DNA of 64,000 nucleotides from Candidatus Woesearchaeota archaeon (GTDB lineage Archaea; Nanobdellota; Nanobdellia; Woesearchaeales; 21-14-0-10-32-9): NCBI GenBank assembly GCA_021735165.1, contig JAIPHP010000002.1, positions 5,491 to 69,490 of the forward strand, read 5' to 3'. Shown piece by piece: positions 55,701 to 64,000 of this stretch (position 1 is its first letter; each line of letters starts with the position of its first letter). The notes under the pieces were generated by a model. It saw only the letters and a program-made list of their open reading frames with translations, ran no database searches and was not told where the DNA came from. The position numbers and the translations under genes were made by a program.

Positions 55701-57202
55701 TTCTTATCCTCATTTTTCTCTTCTTGAGGTTTCATTAAAGGAAACAAAATTACATCCCTTATTGATTCTTGACCAAGTACCAACATAGCCATCCTATCAA
55801 TCCCGATGCCTAAACCTCCTGTAGGAGGCATTCCTGTTTCTATTGCTTCTAAAAAATCTTCATCAAGAGGATTTGCTTCTTCATTTCCTTCAGATAATTG
55901 TCTTTGTTGATCTTCTAATAATTTTCTTTGATGCACGGGGTCGTTTAATTCAGAATACGCATTTGCCAATTCAATACCACAACAAAATGGCTCAAATCTT
56001 TCTATCAACCTTGAATCTTCTCTGTGCTGTTTACATAAAGGCGTAGACTCCTTTGGATGATCAATTACAAAAGTTGGTTGTGTAAATTTATCTTCGCAAT
56101 AATGTTCAAATACTGCTAAAACATAATTTCCCCAAGAAGGTTCATTTTCAAAAGGAATCCTTTTTTCTTTTACAAACAGTTCTAGTTGTTCCATATCCAT
56201 GTTTTCAGCATCTATACCTGCATATTCTTTTATTGCATCAAGCATCTTAACTCGTTTCCAAGGAGCTTTAAAATCTATTTCATTTCCTCTAAAATTAGAC
56301 TTTGTTGAACCGTTTAATTTTATTGCTACATATTCATAGAGTTCTTCTGTTATCTTCATCATATCATTATAATCTGCGTATGCTTTATACAATTCAAGCA
56401 TCGTAAATTCTGGATTATGAGTAGTATCAACGCCTTCATTTCTAAAATTTTTATTTATATCATAAACGAATTCAAATCCTCCAACGATTAGTTTTTTTAA
56501 ATATAGTTCTGGACTTATTCTTAAAAATAGATCCATTTTTAATTCATTATGAAACGTTTTAAATGGTTTTGCAGCAGCACCTCCATATATAGGGTGCAAT
56601 ATTGGCGTTTCTACTTCCAATCCTCCTTTTTCATTCAAAAATTCACGTATATATTTCATCAAAAGCGCTCTTTTCTTAAGTATTTCTTTTGCTTTTGAAT
56701 TAGTTATTAGATCAAGATATCTTTTTCTATATCTTATTTCCGTATCGTGAATTCCGTGAAATTTATCTGGTAGAGGTCTTGTTGCTTTGCATAACATTTG
56801 AAAATCTTTAGTTTGCAGAGTTATTTCACCCATTTTTGTTCTAAAAATAGTGCCTGTTGCGCCAATCCAATCACCTATGTCAAAATCTTTTATATGATCA
56901 TATTTTTCACCTATATCGTCTTTTCTTAGATATAGTTGGAGTTCACCGACATCATCTTTTATTGTTAAAAAGCACACTTTGCCCATTCTTCTAAACAAAA
57001 TAATTCTTCCAGCCACAGATTCAGTGTCTTTTGTTTGTTCTTCTGGCTTTATGCCTTTATTTTTTTCTTTGATTTGTTCAGATTTTTTTGTATACTTAAA
57101 TGTGTAAGGATAAGGATTTATATTTTTGTTTTTTATAGATTCTAATTTTGATTTTCTATCCAAAATTAACTTATTTTGATTGTTTTTTACTTCTTCTGGC
57201 AT
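55697..57202 (-). CDS. lysS: Lysyl-tRNA synthetase, class II
   Basis: N-terminal OB anticodon-binding domain, then a class II catalytic core (FRNEG, GGLGIGIDRMAMLV). It overlaps proS by 4 nt. Confidence 0.9.
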   Translation of the reverse strand: MPEEVKNNQNKLILDRKSKLESIKNKNINPYPYTFKYTKKSEQIKEKNKGIKPEEQTKDTESVAGRIILFRRMGKVCFLTIKDDVGELQLYLRKDDIGEKYDHIKDFDIGDWIGATGTIFRTKMGEITLQTKDFQMLCKATRPLPDKFHGIHDTEIRYRKRYLDLITNSKAKEILKKRALLMKYIREFLNEKGGLEVETPILHPIYGGAAAKPFKTFHNELKMDLFLRISPELYLKKLIVGGFEFVYDINKNFRNEGVDTTHNPEFTMLELYKAYADYNDMMKITEELYEYVAIKLNGSTKSNFRGNEIDFKAPWKRVKMLDAIKEYAGIDAENMDMEQLELFVKEKRIPFENEPSWGNYVLAVFEHYCEDKFTQPTFVIDHPKESTPLCKQHREDSRLIERFEPFCCGIELANAYSELNDPVHQRKLLEDQQRQLSEGNEEANPLDEDFLEAIETGMPPTGGLGIGIDRMAMLVLGQESIRDVILFPLMKPQEEKNEDKK

Positions 57203-57304
57203 ATTACCACCTAAATATTAGTATTTCGACTTATTTATTAAGTTTTTTGAAATTTAAGAATAAATTATCATAATAATTAAAAAACAACACTATGTTCTTT
57301 AAGT

Positions 57305-58075
57305 ATGGTAACTAAAAACTATGGCAAAAACAAAATAAAAAATAAAAAATCTATAAATAATCCCTTAAGTAAAGAATTATTTAGAGTTACCAAATATGAA
57401 AATGGTGCATATCTTTATGATAAAGAAAAAGAAAATCCTCGAATGCTTAAGTTATGGAAAGAATCAGGCATTTTTCCAGAACTTAAAAAAAAATATAAGT
57501 TGGAAATGGGTATAAGATGCGTGCTACACACAAATAAGGGTTTGAATTCTTTATTCATGCTTAATTTGAAAGATTCTAAAAGAACCGATCCTTTTTGGGA
57601 GCTGTCTTATAAAGGAGGAATTAATTTAAGCAGTCCTGGCGACATATATTTAGCAGTTACACGTGAATTTGAAGAAGAATTCCCTGAAGAAACTATAACT
57701 GAACTTGTTTTAAGCAAGAATTTATCTCCACAAGAAAACGGATTAAATAATTATGTAGATAACTCAACGCCCATTGCAAGAAATTCAGACATCATAATTT
57801 ATAAAAAAAATAATTTTCGTATTGCAAGATTGATCACAAATAATTTGCTTCCTGTCAAAAAAACATTCATGCCTAAAAAATATACTGAACACACAGATAC
57901 TAAATGGGCCAATATTTCTGAAGCTTATAACTTATTAGAGGAAACTGCAAAAAACGGTAATGATAGAGATTACATATTTTTTGATAATTTTGTTAAATTT
58001 TATTTGTTTGAGGGATTGTTTAAAAAATCTTCAAAAGTTGATTTTTTTGGACCATATAAGCGAGTTATTGATTAA
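57305..58075 (+). CDS. Hypothetical protein with a weak Nudix-like REFEEEF segment
   Basis: 256-aa ORF. GDIYLAVTREFEEEF partially resembles a Nudix box but lacks the upstream Glu. Confidence 0.4.
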   Translation: MVTKNYGKNKIKNKKSINNPLSKELFRVTKYENGAYLYDKEKENPRMLKLWKESGIFPELKKKYKLEMGIRCVLHTNKGLNSLFMLNLKDSKRTDPFWELSYKGGINLSSPGDIYLAVTREFEEEFPEETITELVLSKNLSPQENGLNNYVDNSTPIARNSDIIIYKKNNFRIARLITNNLLPVKKTFMPKKYTEHTDTKWANISEAYNLLEETAKNGNDRDYIFFDNFVKFYLFEGLFKKSSKVDFFGPYKRVID

Positions 58076-58106
58076 TTTTAAATAGAGTTTTTATTTCCTT
58101 ACATTA

Positions 58107-59093
58107 ATGACAAAAATCATTTTAGGTATTGAAAGCACAGCACACACATTTGGAGTTGCTGTTTTAAAAGGAAAAAAAATATTATCTAATCAAAGGAAAC
58201 TTTTTACAACTGACAAAGGCGGCATGATACCTGCTCAAGTTGCAGATCATCACGTACAAATATTTGACGAGGTATTTACAAAAGCAATCAATGAATCAAA
58301 TATAAATTTTAAAGATATTGATTTTATTGCTTTTAGCAACAGTCCTGGAATCGGCCATAGTTTGAGAATAGGCGCATTTTTTGCTAGATATTTAAGCTTA
58401 AAATTAAATAAACCTCTTGTTCCTATTAACCACTGCATTGCGCACTTGGAAGTAGGACGATTTTTTTCTGGTTTAAAAGATCCTATTTTACTTTATGCAT
58501 CAGGAGCAAACACTCAAATCATTGCCTATGAATCTGGTAAGTACAGAGTTTTTGGCGAGACCCTGGATGTTGGTATCGGCAACTTTATTGACTCATTTGC
58601 AAGAGAGTTAGGTCTTGGATTTCCTGGAGGACCAAAAATTGAGGAATTAGCGAAAAAAGGCAAACAATTCATTAAGTTACCTTATACTGTTAAAGGTATG
58701 GATATTGCTCTTGGCGGTTTGTTAACTAAGTTAAAAAAAATGATTTCTTCAAAAGAATATGCGAAGGAAGATTTGTGTTTTTCTGTTCAAGAAACTGTTT
58801 TTGCAATGCTTGTTGAAGTTACTGAAAGAGCAATTGCACATACTGGAAAAAATGCTGTCGTTCTTGGAGGAGGAGTTTCTTGTAACTTGAGATTACAAGA
58901 AATGGTCAAAAGTATGTGTAATGAAAGAAACATAAAGTTTTTTTGTCCTGAACGCCAATTTTTAGTAGATAATGCAGCAATGATTGCAATTAATGCAATG
59001 TATCTTATTAATGCAGGACAAGAATTCTCTTTCAAAAAATCTAGTATCAAGCCTTATCTTAGAACAGATGAAGTTGAAATTAAGTATAGATAA
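58107..59093 (+). CDS. kae1: tRNA N6-adenosine threonylcarbamoyltransferase Kae1
   Basis: GIESTAHTFGVA N-terminus, HCIAHLE metal-binding motif, ASGANTQ and GGGVSCN. Confidence 0.85.
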   Translation: MTKIILGIESTAHTFGVAVLKGKKILSNQRKLFTTDKGGMIPAQVADHHVQIFDEVFTKAINESNINFKDIDFIAFSNSPGIGHSLRIGAFFARYLSLKLNKPLVPINHCIAHLEVGRFFSGLKDPILLYASGANTQIIAYESGKYRVFGETLDVGIGNFIDSFARELGLGFPGGPKIEELAKKGKQFIKLPYTVKGMDIALGGLLTKLKKMISSKEYAKEDLCFSVQETVFAMLVEVTERAIAHTGKNAVVLGGGVSCNLRLQEMVKSMCNERNIKFFCPERQFLVDNAAMIAINAMYLINAGQEFSFKKSSIKPYLRTDEVEIKYR

Positions 59094-59108
59094 TTTTTGT
59101 TTTGAAAT

Positions 59109-59756
59109 TTATGATCCTGATCCTATTGCTACGCATTGGCCTGCAGAATTACAGGTGCAAGAGGAAGCACATATGCTGTTTGTGCAAGAATCTCCTTCTG
59201 GAATACATGAATTTTTACATTCTCCAGCTACGCAAAAATCGTATCCGTAACTTCTACAATCAGAATATGTTGTACAAGTAATTGTTGCATCAACTCCTGC
59301 AGGGACAACTCTTAATGTTGATGAACCAAACACACTATAAGGAACACCTATTGTTCTTCCAAATTTTATTTCTATATCCAACTCTTTTTTGTCTCCAACA
59401 TTCAAATTTATATCTCCTATTGATTGCGTTTCTAAATAAACTTGTCCTGACACTGTTTTTTCTTCAGGCACAGGATAATCCGCTATTAAACCATCCATAG
59501 TTACTTTTGGTTGAATGTACAAATCGACAGGTTGATTATTTTGAAGTCTTAATGTTAAATTGCCTTCTTCATCCAAACTTGCTTCTATGCATGCAATTTG
59601 AGGCCCAGTTTCACATTCGACTAAAACATATCTATCAGTATCCAAAACATCAAAATAATACAGGGCTCCCATCGCAATTATTATTGCCATGAATGCCCAG
59701 CCATATGTCGTTAAGAATTCTATAGCTGCCTGCCCTCTTTTTTTTTGTTTCATCAA
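59109..59756 (-). CDS. Type IV pilin-like protein (class III signal peptide) with a Cys-rich C-terminal domain
   Basis: KKRGQAAIEFLTTYGWAFMAIIIAMGAL: the cleavage site is (K/R)G followed by Q, with Glu at position +5 and a hydrophobic helix. The C-terminal ~60 aa contain 14 Cys. Confidence 0.6.
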   Translation of the reverse strand: MMKQKKRGQAAIEFLTTYGWAFMAIIIAMGALYYFDVLDTDRYVLVECETGPQIACIEASLDEEGNLTLRLQNNQPVDLYIQPKVTMDGLIADYPVPEEKTVSGQVYLETQSIGDINLNVGDKKELDIEIKFGRTIGVPYSVFGSSTLRVVPAGVDATITCTTYSDCRSYGYDFCVAGECKNSCIPEGDSCTNSICASSCTCNSAGQCVAIGSGS

Positions 59757-59810
59757 TTGCCTCTTTTTTCATATTTTATTAAGGCTATATTTAAAATTTG
59801 CTATTGTTAA

Positions 59811-59963
59811 GGTGTGTCCCAAGTCTTTCTTTTTCGTATTGCGGAGTATTGTTAGCTGCTTTGCAATCTAAGTTTTTTACCGAGAAACACAAATCTTTAA
59901 CGTGTTCCACGTTGTGTTTCTCTCAATTTAGCTCTAGGGCAATACAGATATTCGGGACACACC
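59811..59963. mobile_element. MITE-like element with terminal inverted repeats, copy 2
   Basis: GGTGTGTCCC...GGGACACACC, ~93% identical to copy 1. It lies ~50 nt upstream of the pilin-like gene start. No clean flanking duplication is visible. Confidence 0.5.
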
Positions 59964-60068
59964 TTACTGTTAACTAATATTGTTATTAGGCCTTATTGTT
60001 TGATTCTGTTGTTCTTCACTATAATTCACTAGTAATTATTAAAGTGATTGTTGTGAGTAAAGTTTTTA

Positions 60069-61334
60069 TTGAATTACGTATTCTTTATTTTTATGATTAT
60101 CCCTGATAGTTTAAAATTTACTGGTAAAGACAAAACAATTACGGGTTCATTAAAAGCACAACTACTGGAGACTTTAAAAAAAAAATTAAATATAAATAAA
60201 TCTATGCTATCTCTAAAAAAAAACTTTGGTGCAAGCGTTCCTTCAATATTTGTCGGCAGTTATGGATATCCTGATGTTAGAGCAGGATTTTTGGGCGCAA
60301 AGGAATACGAAAATAATGATGATCCTCTGCTGTGGAGTTCAAAAGGCGAAGAACTTTATAACATTCCCAAGATTATTGGTCTAAGGTCCTCTTTAATAAA
60401 TTCTTATTCTGTTTTAGGTGTTAAATCTGTTTCGAGTCAATCTTCAGAAAATATTAGAGATATTTCTTTATCAAACCAGCCTGTTGATTCAGAAGTTTTT
60501 TTGAACAAAACACTAAAATTCGATTTTAGTGTTAGTTCCGACAGATTACCTCATGGGCCTTCGGGTGAATTAAAAAAATTTTCTTTATCTGAGAATCCTA
60601 AAATTCCCAAAATTGTTGATAAAGTTTCTTCAGATATTGATTTGAAAGCCAATACAGCAATTTCCATGTTGCACTCAAAAGGAATAGATGAACACTACAT
60701 CTCTAAAATTTTAAGCGGAGGCAATATAGGTTTATCTAAGAATAGAAAAATGGTCCCTACAAAATGGTCCATTACTGCTACAGATGATTCTTTAGGAAAA
60801 TTTATCATCAATAATAAAATTATTTTTAATAGAGAAGTTGAATTTTCTAGTTATTTTGGAGGATATTTAGGCAATTATTATTTGATATTGATGTTTCCAG
60901 GGCCTTGGCGTTTTGAGTTATTTGAAACTTATGTTGGCGCAGGTCTTAAAAATCCTGATATTTTTGAATCTGCTACTGATTATGAAGGTTCATTTGGAAG
61001 AAAAAATTATGCAGCCGACACTGTGGGAGGATACTATGCTTCTCGATTAGCTATTTTAGAGCATTTTGATAAAACTAAAAGAAGAGGAAGCATTCTGGCT
61101 TTAAGATTTATTACAGATGCTTATTGGGCACCTTTAGGGGTTTGGGTTGTAAGAGAAGCTGTGAGGAATGCTCTGAATTCTAAACGCATAGAATTTTCTG
61201 ATGAAAATCGTATGTTAAAATATGGTTCTTTGCTTTTAAAAAAGAGATACAACCTTAATTTAGATAAATTATATGCGCAAAGCAAGCTTATAAAAGAATT
61301 TAAAGCTCAAAACACCCTCAATTCTTATTTTTGA
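60069..61334 (+). CDS. NreA-like (Nre family) DNA-repair-associated protein with a C-terminal PCNA-interacting PIP box
   Basis: PSIFVGSYGYPDV...G pattern recalled from the Nre N-domain. The extreme C-terminus QNTLNSYF fits the Qxx[LIM]xx[FY][FY] PIP box. Confidence 0.5.
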   Translation: MNYVFFIFMIIPDSLKFTGKDKTITGSLKAQLLETLKKKLNINKSMLSLKKNFGASVPSIFVGSYGYPDVRAGFLGAKEYENNDDPLLWSSKGEELYNIPKIIGLRSSLINSYSVLGVKSVSSQSSENIRDISLSNQPVDSEVFLNKTLKFDFSVSSDRLPHGPSGELKKFSLSENPKIPKIVDKVSSDIDLKANTAISMLHSKGIDEHYISKILSGGNIGLSKNRKMVPTKWSITATDDSLGKFIINNKIIFNREVEFSSYFGGYLGNYYLILMFPGPWRFELFETYVGAGLKNPDIFESATDYEGSFGRKNYAADTVGGYYASRLAILEHFDKTKRRGSILALRFITDAYWAPLGVWVVREAVRNALNSKRIEFSDENRMLKYGSLLLKKRYNLNLDKLYAQSKLIKEFKAQNTLNSYF

Positions 61335-61499
61335 GCTATTTGAACTAAAGATTAGTAAAATATATAAACTTTAAAATAATTACCACACAAGAGATACAAA
61401 AAACAAAATTTGGTTAGGTTTTTTTGACAACAATATTTATAAATCGAAGATACAAAATTAAGAACCCTGCCAACATATGACGAGCACAATTACAAAAAA

Positions 61500-62099
61500 A
61501 TGCTTGATAATTGTAATTTCTCGTGTTACTTAGAAAAAAATATGATTAAAATGGTAAAAAAAGAGGACTTGCTGAAAAAAATTGTAATAGAAATAGTTAG
61601 CGAAGAAGCCATCCCAATAGTTGAATACCTAAAAGGAAAAACAAGAATTTCTGAATTTGTCATTGCAGAAGAACTAGAAATAGAAATACATAGAACAAGA
61701 TTTCTTTTATACAAACTTTTAGAACACAACCTAGTAAGTTTCATAAGAAAAAAAGACAAGATAAAAGGATGGTATATTTGTTACTGGGACCTAAATGATG
61801 AAATGATTGAACAAATTGATGAAAAGATAAGACAACAAAAAATAAACAAATTAGAAGAAAGACTTAATAGAGAAGTAGGAAACCAATTCTATATGTGCAG
61901 AAATGCATGCGTAAGAATGGATTTTGAAAGAAGCATGGAATTTAACTTCAAATGCGTAGAATGCGGAGAAATAATGAACCCAATAGATAATTCAAAAACA
62001 ATTGATTTCTTAAAAAACAGAATAACAGAACTAGAAGCAGAAAAAGAATCACTCAAATCAAAAGGAAAAACAAAAAAAGCCTCAAAGTCCAGTGCTTAA
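61500..62099 (+). CDS. tfe: Transcription factor E (TFIIE alpha homolog)
   Basis: N-terminal winged helix (IPIVEYLKG...ISEFVIAEELEIEIHRTRFLLYKLLEHNLV) and zinc ribbon (CRNACVRMDF...CVECGEIM). The real start is probably the internal M at ~61541. Confidence 0.75.
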   Translation: MLDNCNFSCYLEKNMIKMVKKEDLLKKIVIEIVSEEAIPIVEYLKGKTRISEFVIAEELEIEIHRTRFLLYKLLEHNLVSFIRKKDKIKGWYICYWDLNDEMIEQIDEKIRQQKINKLEERLNREVGNQFYMCRNACVRMDFERSMEFNFKCVECGEIMNPIDNSKTIDFLKNRITELEAEKESLKSKGKTKKASKSSA

Positions 62100-62147
62100 A
62101 CATTCTAAAATCATAAATATTAAAACGTTGATTATTATCTTAAAAAA

Positions 62148-62882
62148 ATGGAAATAGAAAAAGGAATAGAAATAAAAGGGCCTTCTTTATTTTTAAAAAA
62201 AGAAAAAATCCTTATAATCTGTGACATACATATAGGGCAAGAAAGAATAATGAACCGCCAAGGCATCAACATACCTTTAAATCAATACAAACAAATAAAT
62301 GAATTTACTGAAAAAATATTAGAAGAAACAAAGCCCAAACAAATAATTATTAACGGAGACTTAAAACACGACTTTGGTAAAATAACTAATGACGAATGGG
62401 ATAAAATAACATTATTTCTTAAGAACCTCAAAAAGTATTCAGATGTTATAATTATTGCAGGAAACCACGACAAAGTCTTACAACCAATAACTGGTAAACT
62501 TAAGATAAATATGAAAAAACATTATTTCCTTAATAATATATACATAACGCACGGAGACATCATCCCCGAAAATTCAGAATTTGCAAAGGCAAAAACAATA
62601 ATAATAGGTCACGAACACCCCGCAATAAAACTTAAAGATGGAAACCGAATTGAAACATACAAAGCATTCATTAAAGGAAAATACAAAAATAAAACTCTTA
62701 TCGTAATGCCCTCATTAAATCCTTTAAGTGAAGGCTCTGACATTCTTACAGAAAAATTTCTCAGCCCATTTCTTAAAGAATCAAAAAAACAAAAAACACT
62801 CGCAGAATTTGAATCATACATCTTAGATGATCAAAACAACGTTTATTTTTTCGGAAAAATCAAAGGGCTGGGAAAACTATAA
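62148..62882 (+). CDS. Calcineurin-like metallophosphoesterase
   Basis: Motifs ICDIHIG, GDLKHDF, GNHD and GHEH. Confidence 0.75.
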   Translation: MEIEKGIEIKGPSLFLKKEKILIICDIHIGQERIMNRQGINIPLNQYKQINEFTEKILEETKPKQIIINGDLKHDFGKITNDEWDKITLFLKNLKKYSDVIIIAGNHDKVLQPITGKLKINMKKHYFLNNIYITHGDIIPENSEFAKAKTIIIGHEHPAIKLKDGNRIETYKAFIKGKYKNKTLIVMPSLNPLSEGSDILTEKFLSPFLKESKKQKTLAEFESYILDDQNNVYFFGKIKGLGKL

Positions 62883-63013
62883 ATTATTTTTTCTTATTAA
62901 ATTCATTAATAATTATTAAGTTGCCTAAATCAATACATTAAAGCACAATAATACATAAAGCATAGCAAAGCGAGTTAATTTCAGACACAATTAAAGCTAA
63001 AGCAATATTTATA

Positions 63014-63331
63014 ATGTATGACAAATCACAACATCTTATCATGAGACTAATCGAATATCATCAAGGATGTCCAATAGATACTGCTGGCAAATTATGTTGG
63101 GGTCCAAAAGGAGCGTATTACACAATATTTGGAAGTGAATTAAGACACTTAATAGGACACATAAGTTTTTCAATATTCATAGGATTGGTTCTACTTAGCA
63201 TATTGTTCACATTGAATAAAAAAGAAAAGATACATCTCCCTATGTATCTAATAGTTCTCATTCCAATAATCATAACAATATTACTTTTCTTTCTATTAGC
63301 ATATTTTCTTCCCGTTATAATACTTTATTAG
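63014..63331 (+). CDS. Small membrane protein, hypothetical
   Basis: Two hydrophobic helices in the C-terminal half. Confidence 0.35.
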   Translation: MYDKSQHLIMRLIEYHQGCPIDTAGKLCWGPKGAYYTIFGSELRHLIGHISFSIFIGLVLLSILFTLNKKEKIHLPMYLIVLIPIIITILLFFLLAYFLPVIILY

Positions 63332-63558
63332 GCGCAAAAAATCAGTTGAAACCAAACCTTAAATGGACGAATGCTAGTAACTGAGATTGCAGATAAGACT
63401 AAAATCACTTTGCACAGTCTGTTAAATATGATTTTCCATCTGAAGAAGGCAATTTCAGTTGTACACAATTTGTGGACAACTCAATTCCAGCCTTTAATTC
63501 TCTCTTTTTAAGCATATTCGCTTAAAGATGCTAGGTCTCGTTTCTGCTTACAACGTCT

Positions 63559-63590
63559 AAAAGTCCAAAATTCAATGTTTTTGGACTTTT
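63559..63590. repeat. Perfect 12-bp inverted repeat (hairpin)
   Basis: aaaagtccaaaa - ttcaatgt - ttttggactttt, in the intergenic region. Confidence 0.8.
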
Positions 63591-63741
63591 TACTCTTTGG
63601 TGGTTCGCTCAGAAATCACAGGATTTCTGGCGCGCCAAAAACAACTACTGTTTTTGAGCGTAATGACGCTTTTTTGAAAATACATCATAACTACTCTGCA
63701 ATGACGAAACATTTATATACTACTTCAGAGTCACTATTTTT

Positions 63742-63996
63742 ATGGATAAAAATAAAACCCTTGAAAAAATTCTTGATTTAGGAGTCTTTGCAGGATCGTG
63801 TATAGCCACTTATGGACTGATTGGCGATCAAGGATTAGACAATATAGGAGTTATGTACTCAATATATAATGCGTATGATGAACTTAAGAAATTTACCCCC
63901 CTACATTCTGGAGAAGATAAACCTTCTTTTAAAAATTACTTCTATAAAACATTAATGACGTGGGGCGCAATTAAGGTACTGGATCATGTATTTTAA
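63742..63996 (+). CDS. Hypothetical protein, possibly truncated by the window edge
   Basis: 84-aa ORF near the window end. Confidence 0.3.
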   Translation: MDKNKTLEKILDLGVFAGSCIATYGLIGDQGLDNIGVMYSIYNAYDELKKFTPLHSGEDKPSFKNYFYKTLMTWGAIKVLDHVF

Positions 63997-64000
63997 AAGA

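Noticed and set aside
1-64000. rRNA genes or a prophage
   Set aside because: I saw no stretch resembling the conserved 16S, 23S or 5S cores. I also saw no integrase, terminase, capsid or portal-like ORFs. The island at 2-10 kb carries toxin-antitoxin and effector cargo but no phage structural genes.

Overview
This window is AT-rich and gene-dense, and almost certainly comes from a small-genome DPANN-type archaeon. The evidence for that placement is in the gene content. It carries archaeal/eukaryal-type GluRS, AlaRS and ProRS, plus Pth2, Elp3, Kae1, TFE, aIF6, prefoldin alpha, SepF, ZPR1, a RecJ/Cdc45-like GAN and a FlaK-type prepilin peptidase. Four of its seven tRNA genes carry canonical-position (37/38) introns. 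Most of the window is housekeeping, including the conserved scpA-aIF6-pfdA-ftsY cluster, four aminoacyl-tRNA synthetases, RtcA and a Nudix hydrolase. Several blocks look accessory:
- 2.1-10 kb is partitioned into cassettes by four same-orientation copies of a ~45-nt motif. The cassettes hold a Fic AMPylase, an MNT-HEPN toxin-antitoxin pair and a 1170-aa tandem-repeat protein. Two tRNA-Ala genes sit just 5' of the array.
- A RimK-like ATP-grasp ligase is paired with a retropepsin-like (RimB-like) peptidase.
- Two tandem HIT paralogs are present, one of which has lost the whole histidine triad.
- A cis-prenyltransferase homolog has lost its catalytic residues.
- A bacterial-type oxidative pentose-phosphate operon (gnd-pgl-zwf) is present.
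- A 1413-aa subtilase with FG-GAP repeats, a lytic transglycosylase and a phosphotransacetylase are present.
- A ~155-bp MITE-like element with terminal inverted repeats occurs twice (42.4 kb and 59.8 kb); one copy is flanked by a 9-bp direct repeat.
- A second intergenic repeat family occurs at 10.05 kb and 32.64 kb.
By eye, the + strand is A+C-rich at 0.3-2 kb and 44-49 kb but G+T-rich over ~5.9-43 kb regardless of gene orientation; both switch zones coincide with tRNA/repeat clusters. No rRNA and no CRISPR array were seen. All calls rest on motif recognition by eye, with no database search.
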